From: Nitrosopumilus sp. | GTDB taxonomy: Archaea > Thermoproteota > Nitrososphaeria > Nitrososphaerales > Nitrosopumilaceae | Direction: 5' to 3' | Assembly: GCA_018263505.1 (NCBI GenBank) | Contig: JAANXA010000014.1 | Location: forward strand, 4,319-68,318 | DNA: 64,000 nt | Shown here: piece by piece, positions 48,118 through 59,183 of the stretch | Numbering within the stretch: the stretch's first letter is position 1 | Layout of the letters: every line of letters begins with the position of its first letter | Notes under the pieces: model-generated | The model's database searches: none | Told to the model about the DNA's origin: nothing | Seen by the model: only the letters and a program-made list of their open reading frames with translations | Position numbers and translations under genes: made by a program

Positions 48118-50028
48118 GTGACTGAAACCGATTTTTCATGGCTAATTGGAGGTCCTCAAGGTAGTGGTGTAGAATCTGGTGCAAATATTTTTTCTCGTGT
48201 TTGTGCTGAAATTGGATATCAAGTTTTTGGTAAAAGAGAGTTTTATTCAAACATTAAAGGTGAACATAGCTACTTTACTGTAAGAATTGCAGATAAAAAA
48301 ATTCATTCTAATGTAAATGGTGTAAATTTGATGGCATCATTTGATGCTGAAACAATGTTTCGTCATTATGATGAAGTGGTCTCAGGTGGTGGAATAATTT
48401 TTGATTCTGATATTCTTGAAACTACTACTGATGCAGTTAGAACTCTTGATACTCCATTTAAAGAACGATTACATAAAGAATTAGAATCAAAAAATAAACC
48501 CTTTACTGTTGCTGGAGTTTTAGAAATTGCAAAAGAAAAAAACATTTTGTTGTTTCCTGTTTCTTTCAAATCTATTCTTCATACATTATCTGAAGAAACT
48601 GAAAATCCACGTTTGCGCGGATTAGTTAGAATGTATAATGTAATTGGTGTTTCTTTGTCTTTGGGATTGGTAAAAATGCCTACTAATTCATTACATAATG
48701 CAATTGAATCAATTTTTTCAAAAAAACCTGAAATTGCAAAAATCAATCAACAAACTGCAACTTTTTCATATAATTATGCAACAACAAAATTCGATACATT
48801 TGTTCATACTTTGCCTGGAACTGAAAAAGAACCTGGAACTCTTTTAGTTCAAGGATTTCAGGGAACTGCATTAGGAAAAATGGCATGTGGTTGTAGATTT
48901 CAACCTTATTATCCAATTACTCCTGCATCTGATGAATCTGTTTTTCTTGAATCTCATGAACTTTTAGAAATTATTGGTGATAGACCTGGTTCTATTGCCG
49001 TGATTCAAACTGAAGATGAAATTTCTGCAATGGGGATGACTATTGGTGGTGCATTAACTGGAACACGTTCTGCTACTTGTACATCTGGACCTGGATTTGC
49101 ATTGATGACTGAAATGTTAGGCTGGGCTGGAATTAATGAAGTACCTATTGTAATAACAAACTATCAAAGAAGTGGACCTTCAACTGGTTTACCAACTCGA
49201 CATGGTCAAGATGATTTACTTTTCAGTATATTTGCAGGACATGGAGATTTTCCAAAAATTGTTTATGCTTCAGGTGAAATTGAAGAAAGCTTCTATGATA
49301 CTGGAAATTGTTTTAATTATGCTGATGTTTTCCAAGTTCCTGTTATCCATATGATGGATAAATTTCATGCAAGCTCTGTGATTACTTGTAAAAAATGGGA
49401 TGCAGAAAAAATCTCTATTGATAGAGGTAAATTATTAGAAACAGTAGAAGATGGTTATAGAAGATTTGAGTTCACTGATGATGGAATTTCTCCCCGTTCT
49501 AGATTAGGAATGGACAATGGAATATTTTGGAATACTGGTGATGAATCTGATGAAACTGGACATATTTCAGAGGATCCTGTTTCACGTGTAAAAATGATGG
49601 ATAAGAGAATGTCTAGACTAGATCTAATTTTGGAGAAAATCCCAAAAGAAGAACAAGCAATTTCATTTGGCACTCATGATTTTACTGTAATATCTTGGGG
49701 TTCTGCTGTAGGCCCAGTTAAAGATGCATTAGAGATGTTAAAAAAAGATGGAATTTCAATTGGATTGATTCAATTAAAATTAATGCATCCATTTCCTGCT
49801 GATTATGTAAAATCATTACTTGATGATGTCAAAACTATCATTGATGTTGAAGCAAATCAATCAGGCCAACTAGGAAAAATTTTCAAACAAAATCTTCAAC
49901 GCGATATTGATTACTTCATCTTAAAATACACTGGACGTGCAATGACTAGTACTGAAGTTTATGATTCTCTTAAACGAATTGTTCAAAATAAAGCAGACAG
50001 ACGTGAGGTATTGATGCATGGCGCTTAA
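48118..50028 (+). CDS. 2-oxoacid:ferredoxin oxidoreductase, fused alpha/gamma subunit
   Basis: 636 aa. N-terminal gamma-like domain plus an alpha domain (YPITPASD). Followed by the TPP-binding beta subunit. Apparent GTG start. Confidence 0.9.
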   Translation: MTETDFSWLIGGPQGSGVESGANIFSRVCAEIGYQVFGKREFYSNIKGEHSYFTVRIADKKIHSNVNGVNLMASFDAETMFRHYDEVVSGGGIIFDSDILETTTDAVRTLDTPFKERLHKELESKNKPFTVAGVLEIAKEKNILLFPVSFKSILHTLSEETENPRLRGLVRMYNVIGVSLSLGLVKMPTNSLHNAIESIFSKKPEIAKINQQTATFSYNYATTKFDTFVHTLPGTEKEPGTLLVQGFQGTALGKMACGCRFQPYYPITPASDESVFLESHELLEIIGDRPGSIAVIQTEDEISAMGMTIGGALTGTRSATCTSGPGFALMTEMLGWAGINEVPIVITNYQRSGPSTGLPTRHGQDDLLFSIFAGHGDFPKIVYASGEIEESFYDTGNCFNYADVFQVPVIHMMDKFHASSVITCKKWDAEKISIDRGKLLETVEDGYRRFEFTDDGISPRSRLGMDNGIFWNTGDESDETGHISEDPVSRVKMMDKRMSRLDLILEKIPKEEQAISFGTHDFTVISWGSAVGPVKDALEMLKKDGISIGLIQLKLMHPFPADYVKSLLDDVKTIIDVEANQSGQLGKIFKQNLQRDIDYFILKYTGRAMTSTEVYDSLKRIVQNKADRREVLMHGA

Positions 50029-50980
50029 ACCTGCTGAATATAAAACTGATGTTCATAATGATTGGTGTCCTGGTTGTGGGGATTTTGGAATTGTAAATGC
50101 AATTCAAATGGCTTTGGCAGACATGGGAGTACAAAGAGATAAGACTGTGATATTTTCTGGAATTGGATGTTCTGGAAAAACATCTCATTATATCAACACT
50201 TATGGAATTCATACATTACATGGACGAGTTCTTACATTTGCACAAGGTGCAAAGATTGCAAATCCTGAAATGACTGTAGTAGCTGTAGGTGGAGATGGTG
50301 ATGGCCTGGGAATAGGTGCAGGTCATTTTGTAGCTGCAGGTAGACGAAATGTAAACATGACTTACATAATTTTTGATAATGGTGTTTATGGACTAACAAA
50401 AGGACAAGCTTCTCCTACTTTGAAATTAGGTGAAAAAACAAAATCTCTTCCTTCTCCCAACACTAATTCTAATGTTAATCCAATTGGTTTGGCAATTGCA
50501 AGTGGATTTACATTTGTAGCTCGTGGATACTCATACGATGTTAGACATCTCAAAGATTTGATAGTTAAGGCAGTTAAACACCCTGGACTCTCTTTTTTGG
50601 ATGTTTTACAACCATGTCCTACATACAATGATCTTAATACTAGAGATTGGTATGCTGGAACTGATTTGATGGATGAGGCACAAAAAAGACATTCAAGAAT
50701 ATACAAACTTGAAGATACTGGGTATGAGCCAACTGTTCATTATAATTCTGAAATTGAATCTAATGAAAAATTATCTCAGGCATTAATCAAATCCTTAGAA
50801 TGGGGAACAAAAATTCCCATTGGAATATTTTATAAAAATGACAATACTACTCCATATACTGTTAGGTTACGAGATAAGATTCCAAATTATTTGGAAAATC
50901 CTCCATCAAAGCAGAATATATCTAAAAATGGTTTTTCAAATACTGATATCTCGAAAATCCTAAACTCATTAGAAGTTTAA
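50018..50980 (+). CDS. 2-oxoacid:ferredoxin oxidoreductase beta subunit (TPP-binding)
   Basis: WCPGCGDFG and [14 protein letters not shown] motifs. Confidence 0.9.
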   Translation: MALKPAEYKTDVHNDWCPGCGDFGIVNAIQMALADMGVQRDKTVIFSGIGCSGKTSHYINTYGIHTLHGRVLTFAQGAKIANPEMTVVAVGGDGDGLGIGAGHFVAAGRRNVNMTYIIFDNGVYGLTKGQASPTLKLGEKTKSLPSPNTNSNVNPIGLAIASGFTFVARGYSYDVRHLKDLIVKAVKHPGLSFLDVLQPCPTYNDLNTRDWYAGTDLMDEAQKRHSRIYKLEDTGYEPTVHYNSEIESNEKLSQALIKSLEWGTKIPIGIFYKNDNTTPYTVRLRDKIPNYLENPPSKQNISKNGFSNTDISKILNSLEV

Positions 50981-51037
50981 TTTTCCATTAATGACCTAAG
51001 AAGTTATAGGCAAGTTTTATCTAATTTTATTTTATAT

Positions 51038-51472
51038 TTGAATATCTCTGATACAAATAAAATTTTTAGAAAATCTATTCTCAAAGGATTCTTTGAACCA
51101 CAATTGTTGAATTTGGATTTCAAAAAATCTTCTGTTAAACACCCCTCAATAAATGATGATGGTCTAATGCAATCTGATTTACTACATGTATTTTTTGATA
51201 TGGATACTGGCTCTGATTATCCTGATGGTGATGAATGGTTTATGGTAGATATGATATTTCCATATGATGTAAAATTATCTGATGAATTAATTGGTCCTGA
51301 TTTTTTTACTACCTTATCTGTAGATTCTGGAAAAATATTTTGGCATCATCGCGAATTAGTTCGTTTCAAGTATGGAAAATCCAAAAAATTACTTGATGCC
51401 CTTAATTTTATTGAATTAAAATATCAACAGCTGTATGACTTGTTGAAACCATTACAAAAAGATCTTAATTGA
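51038..51472 (+). CDS. hypothetical protein (144 aa)
   Basis: ORF only. Acidic/aromatic-rich. Confidence 0.45.
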   Translation: MNISDTNKIFRKSILKGFFEPQLLNLDFKKSSVKHPSINDDGLMQSDLLHVFFDMDTGSDYPDGDEWFMVDMIFPYDVKLSDELIGPDFFTTLSVDSGKIFWHHRELVRFKYGKSKKLLDALNFIELKYQQLYDLLKPLQKDLN

Positions 51473-52001
51473 TTTCTTTCCATGATTCATCTTTAAATGA
51501 AAATTTCTTATTTTGTAGTGATGATGCATCTGATAAACGCCATCTAATTGATTTGGAATCAAATTTGTAAATAATTTCTGAAATTTCTGGGGGAGTTTTT
51601 TGTGGATCAAGATGATATGGTATAAGTTCTAAAACTGAATCAATTTTCTCAACAGCATTATCAAACCATTGTCTATCTTGAGTATCTATATCAAAAATAA
51701 TTTTGGGATTTCCCGAAAAATTTATTTTAATTTTCAAAGCATTTCCGTTACCTCTTCTTCTTTTCATTTCTTTGAAAACTGATTTGATTTTTTCCCATCG
51801 TTTAAATTCAAACCACTGGAAAAATTCTTCATTAAATGCAAGTGGTATATTGATATCTAGGAAACTCACAAAATCCTCATTATTTTGTTTAATTTCATCT
51901 TGAATTATGGAAAAGTGGGAATTCAGAAATCCATGTAGGACCTCAATCTCCCATGGTGAAATCCCATAATATTGTAATGTGGTATCTAAAATTTCAGTCA
52001 C
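51465..52001 (-). CDS. hypothetical protein (178 aa)
   Basis: ORF only. Its 3' end overlaps the convergent 51038-51472 ORF by 8 nt. Confidence 0.45.
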   Translation of the reverse strand: MTEILDTTLQYYGISPWEIEVLHGFLNSHFSIIQDEIKQNNEDFVSFLDINIPLAFNEEFFQWFEFKRWEKIKSVFKEMKRRRGNGNALKIKINFSGNPKIIFDIDTQDRQWFDNAVEKIDSVLELIPYHLDPQKTPPEISEIIYKFDSKSIRWRLSDASSLQNKKFSFKDESWKEIN

Positions 52002-52105
52002 TAATTATAACCTTCAAAAATCGTAATTAAAGCTTCAACCCTGATGTTTTTCATACTTATTTGTCTTAAAATTAAAATTATATAGACAAAGTTAGAATTT
52101 CAGTT

Positions 52106-52435
52106 ATGAAGAAAGAATTTGTAGTAAAGAGTATTGATTCTGCTCCTGATGGAGCACCATATGTGGTAGTTTCATTATCTTCTATTAAAGATCTTAAAGA
52201 AGGCGGTCCTCAAAACCCTCAACCTCCTTTTGGCGGTTCAAAAGTAATGGGTTTTTCAAACATGAATGACATGATGAAAGATCTTAACAAGATGATGTCT
52301 GGAATGGGTGGCATGGGTGCACAAGGAGGTGTAACTCAATTGAAACTTGAAATGCATGAATACAAAGAGATGGGTCTTTCTGTAGGTGATAAGGTCTTTT
52401 TAGAAATGACTAAAGCTGAAACATTAGGAATTTAG
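52106..52435 (+). CDS. hypothetical protein with a Met/Gly-rich linker (109 aa)
   Basis: ORF only. MMKDLNKMMSGMGGMGAQGG low-complexity segment. Confidence 0.45.
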   Translation: MKKEFVVKSIDSAPDGAPYVVVSLSSIKDLKEGGPQNPQPPFGGSKVMGFSNMNDMMKDLNKMMSGMGGMGAQGGVTQLKLEMHEYKEMGLSVGDKVFLEMTKAETLGI

Positions 52436-52437
52436 TT

Positions 52438-53007
52438 TTACCAGATTGTGTTAAAATATTTCCAACCATAAAATGCTGCTATTGTTCCAATAACAAATAA
52501 CATTGGTTTCCAAGCAAAAACTGGAATTCCAGGTGTTGCAAGTTTAACTTTGTAATTATCTGCAATCTCTAAAACATTTTTTTTAATTTTATCATGCCAA
52601 AAATGATATTCAATTTGGTATTTTTTCAAAATTTCTTCTACTTCATACACTACTGGTGTTCTCTGTGAGAAAAGATGTTGGAGATAATCTCTTGAAACTT
52701 CGACTTCTGCATGAATTCCAATTAACCCTTTTTTCAAATCAACCATTCTGATGTGCATCTCCCATGGTTTTTTTAATTTTAGATTTAGACCATTGCCTAT
52801 TTGATCTGGTTGTTTATGTTCAAGTTTAACTTTTGTAAACCCTTCATCTGTAAAAATTTTCATCAATTCTTCAAAACTTTTTTTCACTACTACATGGAGT
52901 TGCTCAACCCCATCTTTGTTATCCACATTGATCTTGTGTTTTAATCCATCAAGAAATGAAATTGTTTTTGGGTATGTTGTGATGTATTCCATGGATTTTC
53001 TTTTCAA
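52438..53007 (-). CDS. hypothetical C-terminally anchored protein (189 aa)
   Basis: ORF with a single C-terminal TM (PMLFVIGTIAAFYGW). Confidence 0.45.
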   Translation of the reverse strand: MKRKSMEYITTYPKTISFLDGLKHKINVDNKDGVEQLHVVVKKSFEELMKIFTDEGFTKVKLEHKQPDQIGNGLNLKLKKPWEMHIRMVDLKKGLIGIHAEVEVSRDYLQHLFSQRTPVVYEVEEILKKYQIEYHFWHDKIKKNVLEIADNYKVKLATPGIPVFAWKPMLFVIGTIAAFYGWKYFNTIW

Positions 53008-53033
53008 TACCTCTATTTAAAGCAGAATTGATT

Positions 53034-53876
53034 TTAGCCTTGGGTTTTTGGAGGATTTGATAATCCTCTTACGTAAACACATTGATCTGGTGATATTGCC
53101 ATTTCTAAGGGTTTGATTTTTCTATCTGTGAGTTTTGCACCTGATCCTCTAACTATTGAAAATGGTTTTGATTCTGCACCTTCACCCATTTTGTGATTTG
53201 CAATAGTTGCAAGATTATCTACTACAGCTTGAAATGTTACTTTTAATGGATTTCCATCCAAATCTTTTTTTGATCTCATATCCAAAATTGGTTCAATCCC
53301 TGCACATGCAATTGCAACACCTGATGTCCCTATCCTTGCTGGCATTAATCTACTATCTACTAAAATAACTCCAACATGAATGAGTAATTCTAAAAATACT
53401 TTTCTACGAATTTGTTCTGCAATAAGATATGGATTTGTAGGGTATAAGATGATCTTATCTTTTTTTGCATTTGACTTGTCAATCCCTGCATTTGGTGCCA
53501 TAATATTGTTTGATGATGTAATAACAAATCCTCCTATCCCTCCAAAAACTTCATCTGATTCTCTAATTATGATTTCAGCAATTTCTGGTTTCAATCTAAA
53601 TTTTTTTGAAATCTCATAACCTTTTTTTGATGTTTTAACACCTGTAATGTCAATTATTCTTCCTTGAGAATTTGAAATATATTTTGTAGAAATAACTAAA
53701 ACATCCCCATCTTGTAGCCTTTCTTTATTTTTTTCAAGTGTTTCAAATAATGTATCAAAAACATCAAATTCTCCCTCCATTCTATCTGCTAAAAGTGGTA
53801 AAACAGTTAATTGCACATTTTTTAGTTGTTGTTTTTCTTTTTTATTGTTCTGAAAAGCTTTTAATCTGCAAGACAA
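53034..53876 (-). CDS. cofE: coenzyme F420-0:L-glutamate ligase (CofE)-like protein
   Basis: DGDVLVISTKYISNSQGR, NAGIDKSN and VILVDSR...G..GVAIA.AG patterns are typical of CofE. Start uncertain (TTG at 53876 or an internal GTG). Confidence 0.72.
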   Translation of the reverse strand: MSCRLKAFQNNKKEKQQLKNVQLTVLPLLADRMEGEFDVFDTLFETLEKNKERLQDGDVLVISTKYISNSQGRIIDITGVKTSKKGYEISKKFRLKPEIAEIIIRESDEVFGGIGGFVITSSNNIMAPNAGIDKSNAKKDKIILYPTNPYLIAEQIRRKVFLELLIHVGVILVDSRLMPARIGTSGVAIACAGIEPILDMRSKKDLDGNPLKVTFQAVVDNLATIANHKMGEGAESKPFSIVRGSGAKLTDRKIKPLEMAISPDQCVYVRGLSNPPKTQG

Positions 53877-53888
53877 ATTTTTGTGATT

Positions 53889-55160
53889 ATGAACATTGTA
53901 GAAAAAATCCTTGCTCGTGGTTCTGGAAAATCTTCAGTATCTCCTGATGATGTTGTTTTTGCAAATGTGGATAAAGTTATGGTCCATGACGTATCTGGTC
54001 CAGGTGTTCTTAAAGTATTTGATAAATTAAAAAAACAAGGAATTCCAGTTGATAAATTATGGGATCCAACTAAAGTCTGGGTTGCAGAAGATCATTTTGT
54101 TCCATCAGCTGAAAAAGTTTCTGCTGAAAATGTTGTAAAACTATCCAATTTTACAAAAAATTATGGAATTGAAAAACACTTCAAATATGGTATGGGACAA
54201 TATGGAATTTGTCATACTCTATCTCATGAAGAAGCAATGGTTATGCCTGGAGATGTTTATGTTGGAGGAGACTCTCATACTAACACTACTGGCGCATTAG
54301 GTGCATTTGCATGTGGTTTGGGCCATACTGATATTGCATATGTTTTATTAAATGGAAAAATTTGGTTCAAAGTTCCTGAGACTATTCTCTTTAAACTAAA
54401 TGGAAAATTGCCAGAACATGTAATGGCAAAAGATGTAATTTTAAAAATTATTGGAGATATTGGAACTGATGGTGGAAATTATAGAACTATGCAGTTTGGT
54501 GGATCTGGTATTGAAGAAATGTCTGTTGAAAGTAGACTGACTATGTGTAACATGACAACAGAAGCTGGAGCAAAAAATGGAATTGTTGAACCCGACCAAA
54601 AAGTAATTGATTATCTTTCTAGTAGGGGGGCAACTAATTTTAATTTGATAACTGGTGATCCTGATGCAGAATACGATGAAGTAATAGAATATGAAAGTTC
54701 AGAACTAGAGCCAACTATTGCAAAACCATTTTCTCCTGAAAATATCACAGTGGTTAGAGAAGCTCCGTCTGTTGAATTGGATAAATCCTATATCGGTTCT
54801 TGCACTGGTGCAAAATATGAGGATCTAGAAGCAGCAGCCAAAATTCTCAAAGGTAGACAGGTAAAGATAAGAACTGAAATTTTACCTGCAGCAATTTCAA
54901 TTTACAAACGAGCAATGGAAAACGGATTACTCAAAATATTCTTAGATGCTGGAGTAACAGTTGGACCTCCAACATGTGGTGCTTGTTGTGGTGCTCATAT
55001 GGGAGTTTTGGCAAAAGATGAAATCTGTATCAGTACAACTAATAGAAATTTTCCAGGAAGGATGGGTCACGTTGAATCTCAAACTTATCTTTCATCACCT
55101 ATGGTTGCAGCTGCATCAGCTGTTACTGGAAAAATCACTGATCCGAGGGACTTGAATTGA
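53889..55160 (+). CDS. archaeal-type aconitase-family dehydratase, large subunit (homoaconitase/3-isopropylmalate dehydratase, HacA/LeuC-like)
   Basis: ~420 aa. GDSHTNT, GSCTGAKYEDL and CGACCGAHMG Fe-S ligand motifs. Confidence 0.85.
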   Translation: MNIVEKILARGSGKSSVSPDDVVFANVDKVMVHDVSGPGVLKVFDKLKKQGIPVDKLWDPTKVWVAEDHFVPSAEKVSAENVVKLSNFTKNYGIEKHFKYGMGQYGICHTLSHEEAMVMPGDVYVGGDSHTNTTGALGAFACGLGHTDIAYVLLNGKIWFKVPETILFKLNGKLPEHVMAKDVILKIIGDIGTDGGNYRTMQFGGSGIEEMSVESRLTMCNMTTEAGAKNGIVEPDQKVIDYLSSRGATNFNLITGDPDAEYDEVIEYESSELEPTIAKPFSPENITVVREAPSVELDKSYIGSCTGAKYEDLEAAAKILKGRQVKIRTEILPAAISIYKRAMENGLLKIFLDAGVTVGPPTCGACCGAHMGVLAKDEICISTTNRNFPGRMGHVESQTYLSSPMVAAASAVTGKITDPRDLN

Positions 55161-55648
55161 AAGGAAACATCATAAAATATGCTAGAGATAACATCGATAC
55201 TGATGTAATTATCCCTGGTCAATACCTTAAGATACATGATTATGCTGAACTTGCAACTCATGCAATGGAAGGATTAGATCCTGATTTTCATTCCAAAGTA
55301 AAAGAAGGTGATTTCATTTTGTCTGGAAAAAACTTCGGATGTGGTTCAAGCAGAGAACATGCCCCTATTGCATTATCTCATTCTGGGGTTAAAGCTGTAC
55401 TTGCATTGTCTTTTGCAAGAATATTTTATAGAAATGCAGTTGATGGTGCATTTCTGTTACCTATTGAAATTGACCAAGATGCATATGATGGAATCTCTGA
55501 GGGTGACGAAATTGAAATTGATATATCTCAAAATGAGGTTAAAAACAATACTAAACATCAAACATACAAAATGAAACCATTTTCTGAAATTATTGGAAAG
55601 ATAATTGAAGTAGGTGGACTCTTCAAATACAAACCTGATTCAGATTAA
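55157..55648 (+). CDS. archaeal-type dehydratase small subunit (HacB/LeuD-like)
   Basis: 163 aa. [18 protein letters not shown] start/stop overlap with the large subunit. Confidence 0.85.
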   Translation: MKGNIIKYARDNIDTDVIIPGQYLKIHDYAELATHAMEGLDPDFHSKVKEGDFILSGKNFGCGSSREHAPIALSHSGVKAVLALSFARIFYRNAVDGAFLLPIEIDQDAYDGISEGDEIEIDISQNEVKNNTKHQTYKMKPFSEIIGKIIEVGGLFKYKPDSD

Positions 55649-55649
55649 A

Positions 55650-57065
55650 ATGGGTGATACTCTTTTTGAAAAAGTTTGGAAATCCCATGTTGTTGTAGAG
55701 CAAGAATCTGGACCTTCTCTAATTTACATTGATAGACACTTAGTTCATGAAGTAACATCTCCTCAGGCATTTGATGGATTACGAATGAATAATCGTAAGG
55801 TTAGACGACCTGATTTGACAATAGCTACTATGGATCATAATGTTCCAACAAATGATAGGTCTTTACCTATATTGGATCAAACATCATCTATACAAATTCA
55901 AACATTAGAAAAAAATTGTAACGATTTTGGAATTACTTTATTTGATATCAACAGTCCTAATCAGGGAATTGTCCATGTAATTGGACCTCAATTGGGAATC
56001 ACTTTACCAGGTTCAACGATTGTCTGCGGTGATAGTCATACATCTACTCATGGTGCATTTGGTGCTTTAGCATTGGGAATTGGTACTAGTGACGTTGAAC
56101 ATGTATTGGCTTCTCAGACAATGTGGTTGGAAAAACCAAAAACTTTTGAGATCAAAGTAGATGGGAAAATAAAAAACCCTCACGCTGTAACTGCAAAAGA
56201 CATTGTATTGTCTATTATCAAAAATATTGGAACAGGTGGAGGTACTGGAACTGTAATTGAGTATCGTGGTCAAGGAATTTCTGATTTATCTATGGAACAA
56301 AGAATGACTATTTGTAACATGTCCATTGAGGCTGGAGCTCGTGCGGGAATGATTGCTCCTGATGAAAAAACATTTGATTATTTGAGAGATAGAAAATACA
56401 CTCCCAAAAATTATGAATCTCTAGTTGAAATCTGGAGAGATTCTCTTAAAACCGACAATGATGCAAAATTTGAAAAAGAATTTACTTTAGACATTAATGA
56501 TATTGCTCCTCAAGTAAGTTGGGGAACAAATCCTGGTATGACTTGTGATGTTACTGAATCAATTCCTACTCCTGATGATTTTTCTAATGGTGATGATAAT
56601 CAAAAGAAAGGAGCACAAAAAGCTCTTGATTACATGGATCTTAAATCTGGAACCCCAGTTGAAGAAATCAAAATAGATCGTGTTTTTATTGGTTCATGTA
56701 CTAATGCAAGATTGGAAGATCTTATTGAAGCGTCAAAAGTAATTAAAGGACAAAAAATTTCGTCACACGTAAAAGCTATGGTTGTACCTGGTTCTCAAAT
56801 GGTAAAAAAACAAGCAGAAGAAATGGGTCTTGATAAAATTTTCATTGAATCTAATTTTGAATGGAGAGAAGCTGGATGTAGTATGTGCCTTGGAATGAAT
56901 CCTGATATTTTATCTCCTGGAGAACGATGTGCTAGTACTTCAAACAGAAATTTTGAGGGCAGACAAGGAACTGGTGGTCGAACACATCTTGTTAGTCCTG
57001 TAATGGCAGCAGCTGCCGCAATTGCCGGTCATTTTGTAGACGTTAGAAAACTGGATTTGAATTAA
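55650..57065 (+). CDS. leuC: 3-isopropylmalate dehydratase large subunit, bacterial-type
   Basis: [53 protein letters not shown]. About 471 aa from the ATG at 55650. Confidence 0.9.
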   Translation: MGDTLFEKVWKSHVVVEQESGPSLIYIDRHLVHEVTSPQAFDGLRMNNRKVRRPDLTIATMDHNVPTNDRSLPILDQTSSIQIQTLEKNCNDFGITLFDINSPNQGIVHVIGPQLGITLPGSTIVCGDSHTSTHGAFGALALGIGTSDVEHVLASQTMWLEKPKTFEIKVDGKIKNPHAVTAKDIVLSIIKNIGTGGGTGTVIEYRGQGISDLSMEQRMTICNMSIEAGARAGMIAPDEKTFDYLRDRKYTPKNYESLVEIWRDSLKTDNDAKFEKEFTLDINDIAPQVSWGTNPGMTCDVTESIPTPDDFSNGDDNQKKGAQKALDYMDLKSGTPVEEIKIDRVFIGSCTNARLEDLIEASKVIKGQKISSHVKAMVVPGSQMVKKQAEEMGLDKIFIESNFEWREAGCSMCLGMNPDILSPGERCASTSNRNFEGRQGTGGRTHLVSPVMAAAAAIAGHFVDVRKLDLN

Positions 57066-57368
57066 ATGGCAAAATCCTTAGGTGATTATAATATTGAACA
57101 ATCCTCTTCATCTGATATACATAATATCAAATGGACTAAAAAAGACACATCTGAAAATAAACCAAAATTAAGAAAGAAAAAAGCAATTCCTCCTACAAAT
57201 ATAATCCCAAATCAAAACACTGATAAAATTTCACCCGTTGAAAAAATCTTCAAAATTGAGGAAAATACTTCAGAAAAACCAAAAAATAAAAAAACAGAAA
57301 AAAAATTCCAAAAATCATCTGCCTCACATTGTAACATTGAACCTAGTTTCAAAAGACGAGGGCGATAA
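57066..57368 (+). CDS. Lys-rich low-complexity ORF (100 aa) between leuC and leuD; coding status doubtful
   Basis: ATG immediately after the leuC stop. A-rich sequence encoding K/N/S/E-rich peptide. An alternative-frame ORF overlaps it. Confidence 0.25.
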   Translation: MAKSLGDYNIEQSSSSDIHNIKWTKKDTSENKPKLRKKKAIPPTNIIPNQNTDKISPVEKIFKIEENTSEKPKNKKTEKKFQKSSASHCNIEPSFKRRGR

Positions 57369-57448
57369 CTTTGATTTTATTTATTTTAAATTATTTTTTG
57401 AATTTGGAAAACCAATACGCTTAATTTTAAAATTGGATGAGATTTTTC

Positions 57449-58042
57449 ATGGAACCTTTCAAAAATATTCAAAGCATTATTACTCCTCTTGATAAGGTAA
57501 ATGTTGACACTGATCAAATTATTCCTAAACAATTCTTAAAATTAGTTCAAAAGTCAGGATTTGGTAAATTTCTATTTTATAATTGGCGATTTGATGAAAC
57601 AGAAAATAAAAGATCTGATTTTGTCTTAAATGATTCTAAATATGAAAATTCTCATATTTTAGTTTCTGGTGATAATTTTGGATGTGGTTCAAGCAGAGAA
57701 CATGCAGTATGGGCATTACAAGATTATGGATTTTCTGTAATTATCGCTCCCTCTTTTGCTGATATTTTCTTTAGTAATTGTTTTAAAAATGGAATTTTAC
57801 CTATTACTTTAGATCAGGAAATTGTTGAGACTCTTTTTATTGAAACTGATTCTGTTGAAATTGATTTGGAAAATCAAATAATTGTAACTCCTTCTAGAAC
57901 AATTCCTTTTACTATTGATTCTCATAAGAAAAAAATTCTTTTAGAAGGATTAGATGATATTGCACAAACTTTTCAATTAGAAAATAAAATAATAGAATTT
58001 GAAGAAAATTCTACAGTCCCATCTGTTTTAAAATCTTTTTAA
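57449..58042 (+). CDS. leuD: 3-isopropylmalate dehydratase small subunit, bacterial-type
   Basis: MEPFKNIQSIITPLDKVNVDTDQIIPKQFLK and [13 protein letters not shown] motifs. Confidence 0.9.
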   Translation: MEPFKNIQSIITPLDKVNVDTDQIIPKQFLKLVQKSGFGKFLFYNWRFDETENKRSDFVLNDSKYENSHILVSGDNFGCGSSREHAVWALQDYGFSVIIAPSFADIFFSNCFKNGILPITLDQEIVETLFIETDSVEIDLENQIIVTPSRTIPFTIDSHKKKILLEGLDDIAQTFQLENKIIEFEENSTVPSVLKSF

Positions 58043-58730
58043 CTGTTTTTTCATTTCTTTCTAAAACCATTGGAGATTCTGCATCCATCCATTCTTTATT
58101 CCCAATATCAAAAGCACTGATTTTATCTTCTTTAGATAATTGTTGTAAAATATCAAATGATAAGTTGATCTCTTTCTGTTTTCTTTTACTCTTTATTTTT
58201 TTGATAATTTCTTTTCCTAACATGTAGATTCCTAAACATTCCGATAATTGTAACTCCATAGTTGGTTTTTCCTTGAATTCTTTAATAATCCCGTTTCTCA
58301 CTGTTGCAAATCCCGTTTCTTCTTTTCTTTTGGTTCTAGTTGCAATACATGCTGAACTTTTTTTATTTCTGAACGTTTCTCTCATTTTTTTAACATCTAT
58401 TGCACATAGATTATCTACAAACCATAACAAAAATTCTGATTCTTCTTTGAGTTTGCTTTCAATGTGTAACAAGTCTCCCCCTGTACCACTTTGTGAATCT
58501 TGAACAAAAATTATATTTTTTTGATTTCCAAAATAATTTTTGATTTGTCCACCTAATCCATTAAAATCAGAAATTATAATAATTTCTTTGATGAAACTAT
58601 ATGATTTTAGATATTTCACAATATAATCAATTAATGGCTTTCCATTAATTGGCGACATTGCTTTTGGAAAATATTCGGTATATGGTTTGCCTCTTGTTCC
58701 TTTACCGCCTGCAAGAATAACAGCTTTCAC
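58011..58730 (-). CDS. sugar-phosphate nucleotidyltransferase
   Basis: MKAVILAGGKGTRGKP (GXGTRXXP) N-terminal signature. Confidence 0.8.
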   Translation of the reverse strand: MKAVILAGGKGTRGKPYTEYFPKAMSPINGKPLIDYIVKYLKSYSFIKEIIIISDFNGLGGQIKNYFGNQKNIIFVQDSQSGTGGDLLHIESKLKEESEFLLWFVDNLCAIDVKKMRETFRNKKSSACIATRTKRKEETGFATVRNGIIKEFKEKPTMELQLSECLGIYMLGKEIIKKIKSKRKQKEINLSFDILQQLSKEDKISAFDIGNKEWMDAESPMVLERNEKTVKKILKQMGL

Positions 58731-58733
58731 AAT

Positions 58734-59183
58734 CTAACGGTATGATTTCTGCTTTCTTCTTCTTGCACCAGGTCCACCAAATTTCTTTGGCTCTTTTCTT
58801 CTGGCATCTCCACTAATTAGATATTTGTCAAAATCAGAGATTCTTTTTCTGAGATCTTCTCTAGTTGATTTTGGGAATGGATGATCTTTAGGTTCTTTCT
58901 TTGATTTAGTCCATCCTGTTAATGCTCTTGAAATTCCAGTTGCAACTGCACTTGCTTGCCCCATGAAACCTCCTCCTCGCACTCTAACTGATATATCGAT
59001 TTTGTCTCTTAAATCCCCTGTGATTTCTAATGGTGCTAAAATCACTTCTCGTGCAGTTTCTTGTGGAATCATTTCTACTGGTATGTTGTTAATTCTAACT
59101 TTTCCTTGACCTTTTGTGATGTAAATATGTGCACTAGCTGTCTTTCTAGTTGCAAAATAAATCTCAGTTTTTGGTGTTGTCAT
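58734..59183 (-). CDS. rps9: 30S ribosomal protein S9 (uS9)
   Basis: S9 pattern GGGFMGQASAVATGISRAL, with the basic C-terminus ...RRRKQKSYR. Confidence 0.92.
   Translation of the reverse strand: MTTPKTEIYFATRKTASAHIYITKGQGKVRINNIPVEMIPQETAREVILAPLEITGDLRDKIDISVRVRGGGFMGQASAVATGISRALTGWTKSKKEPKDHPFPKSTREDLRKRISDFDKYLISGDARRKEPKKFGGPGARRRKQKSYR

Noticed and set aside
57238-57492. 84-aa alternative-frame ORF in the leuC-leuD spacer
   Set aside because: It overlaps both the Lys-rich ORF and the leuD start. It is a product of A-rich low-complexity sequence.
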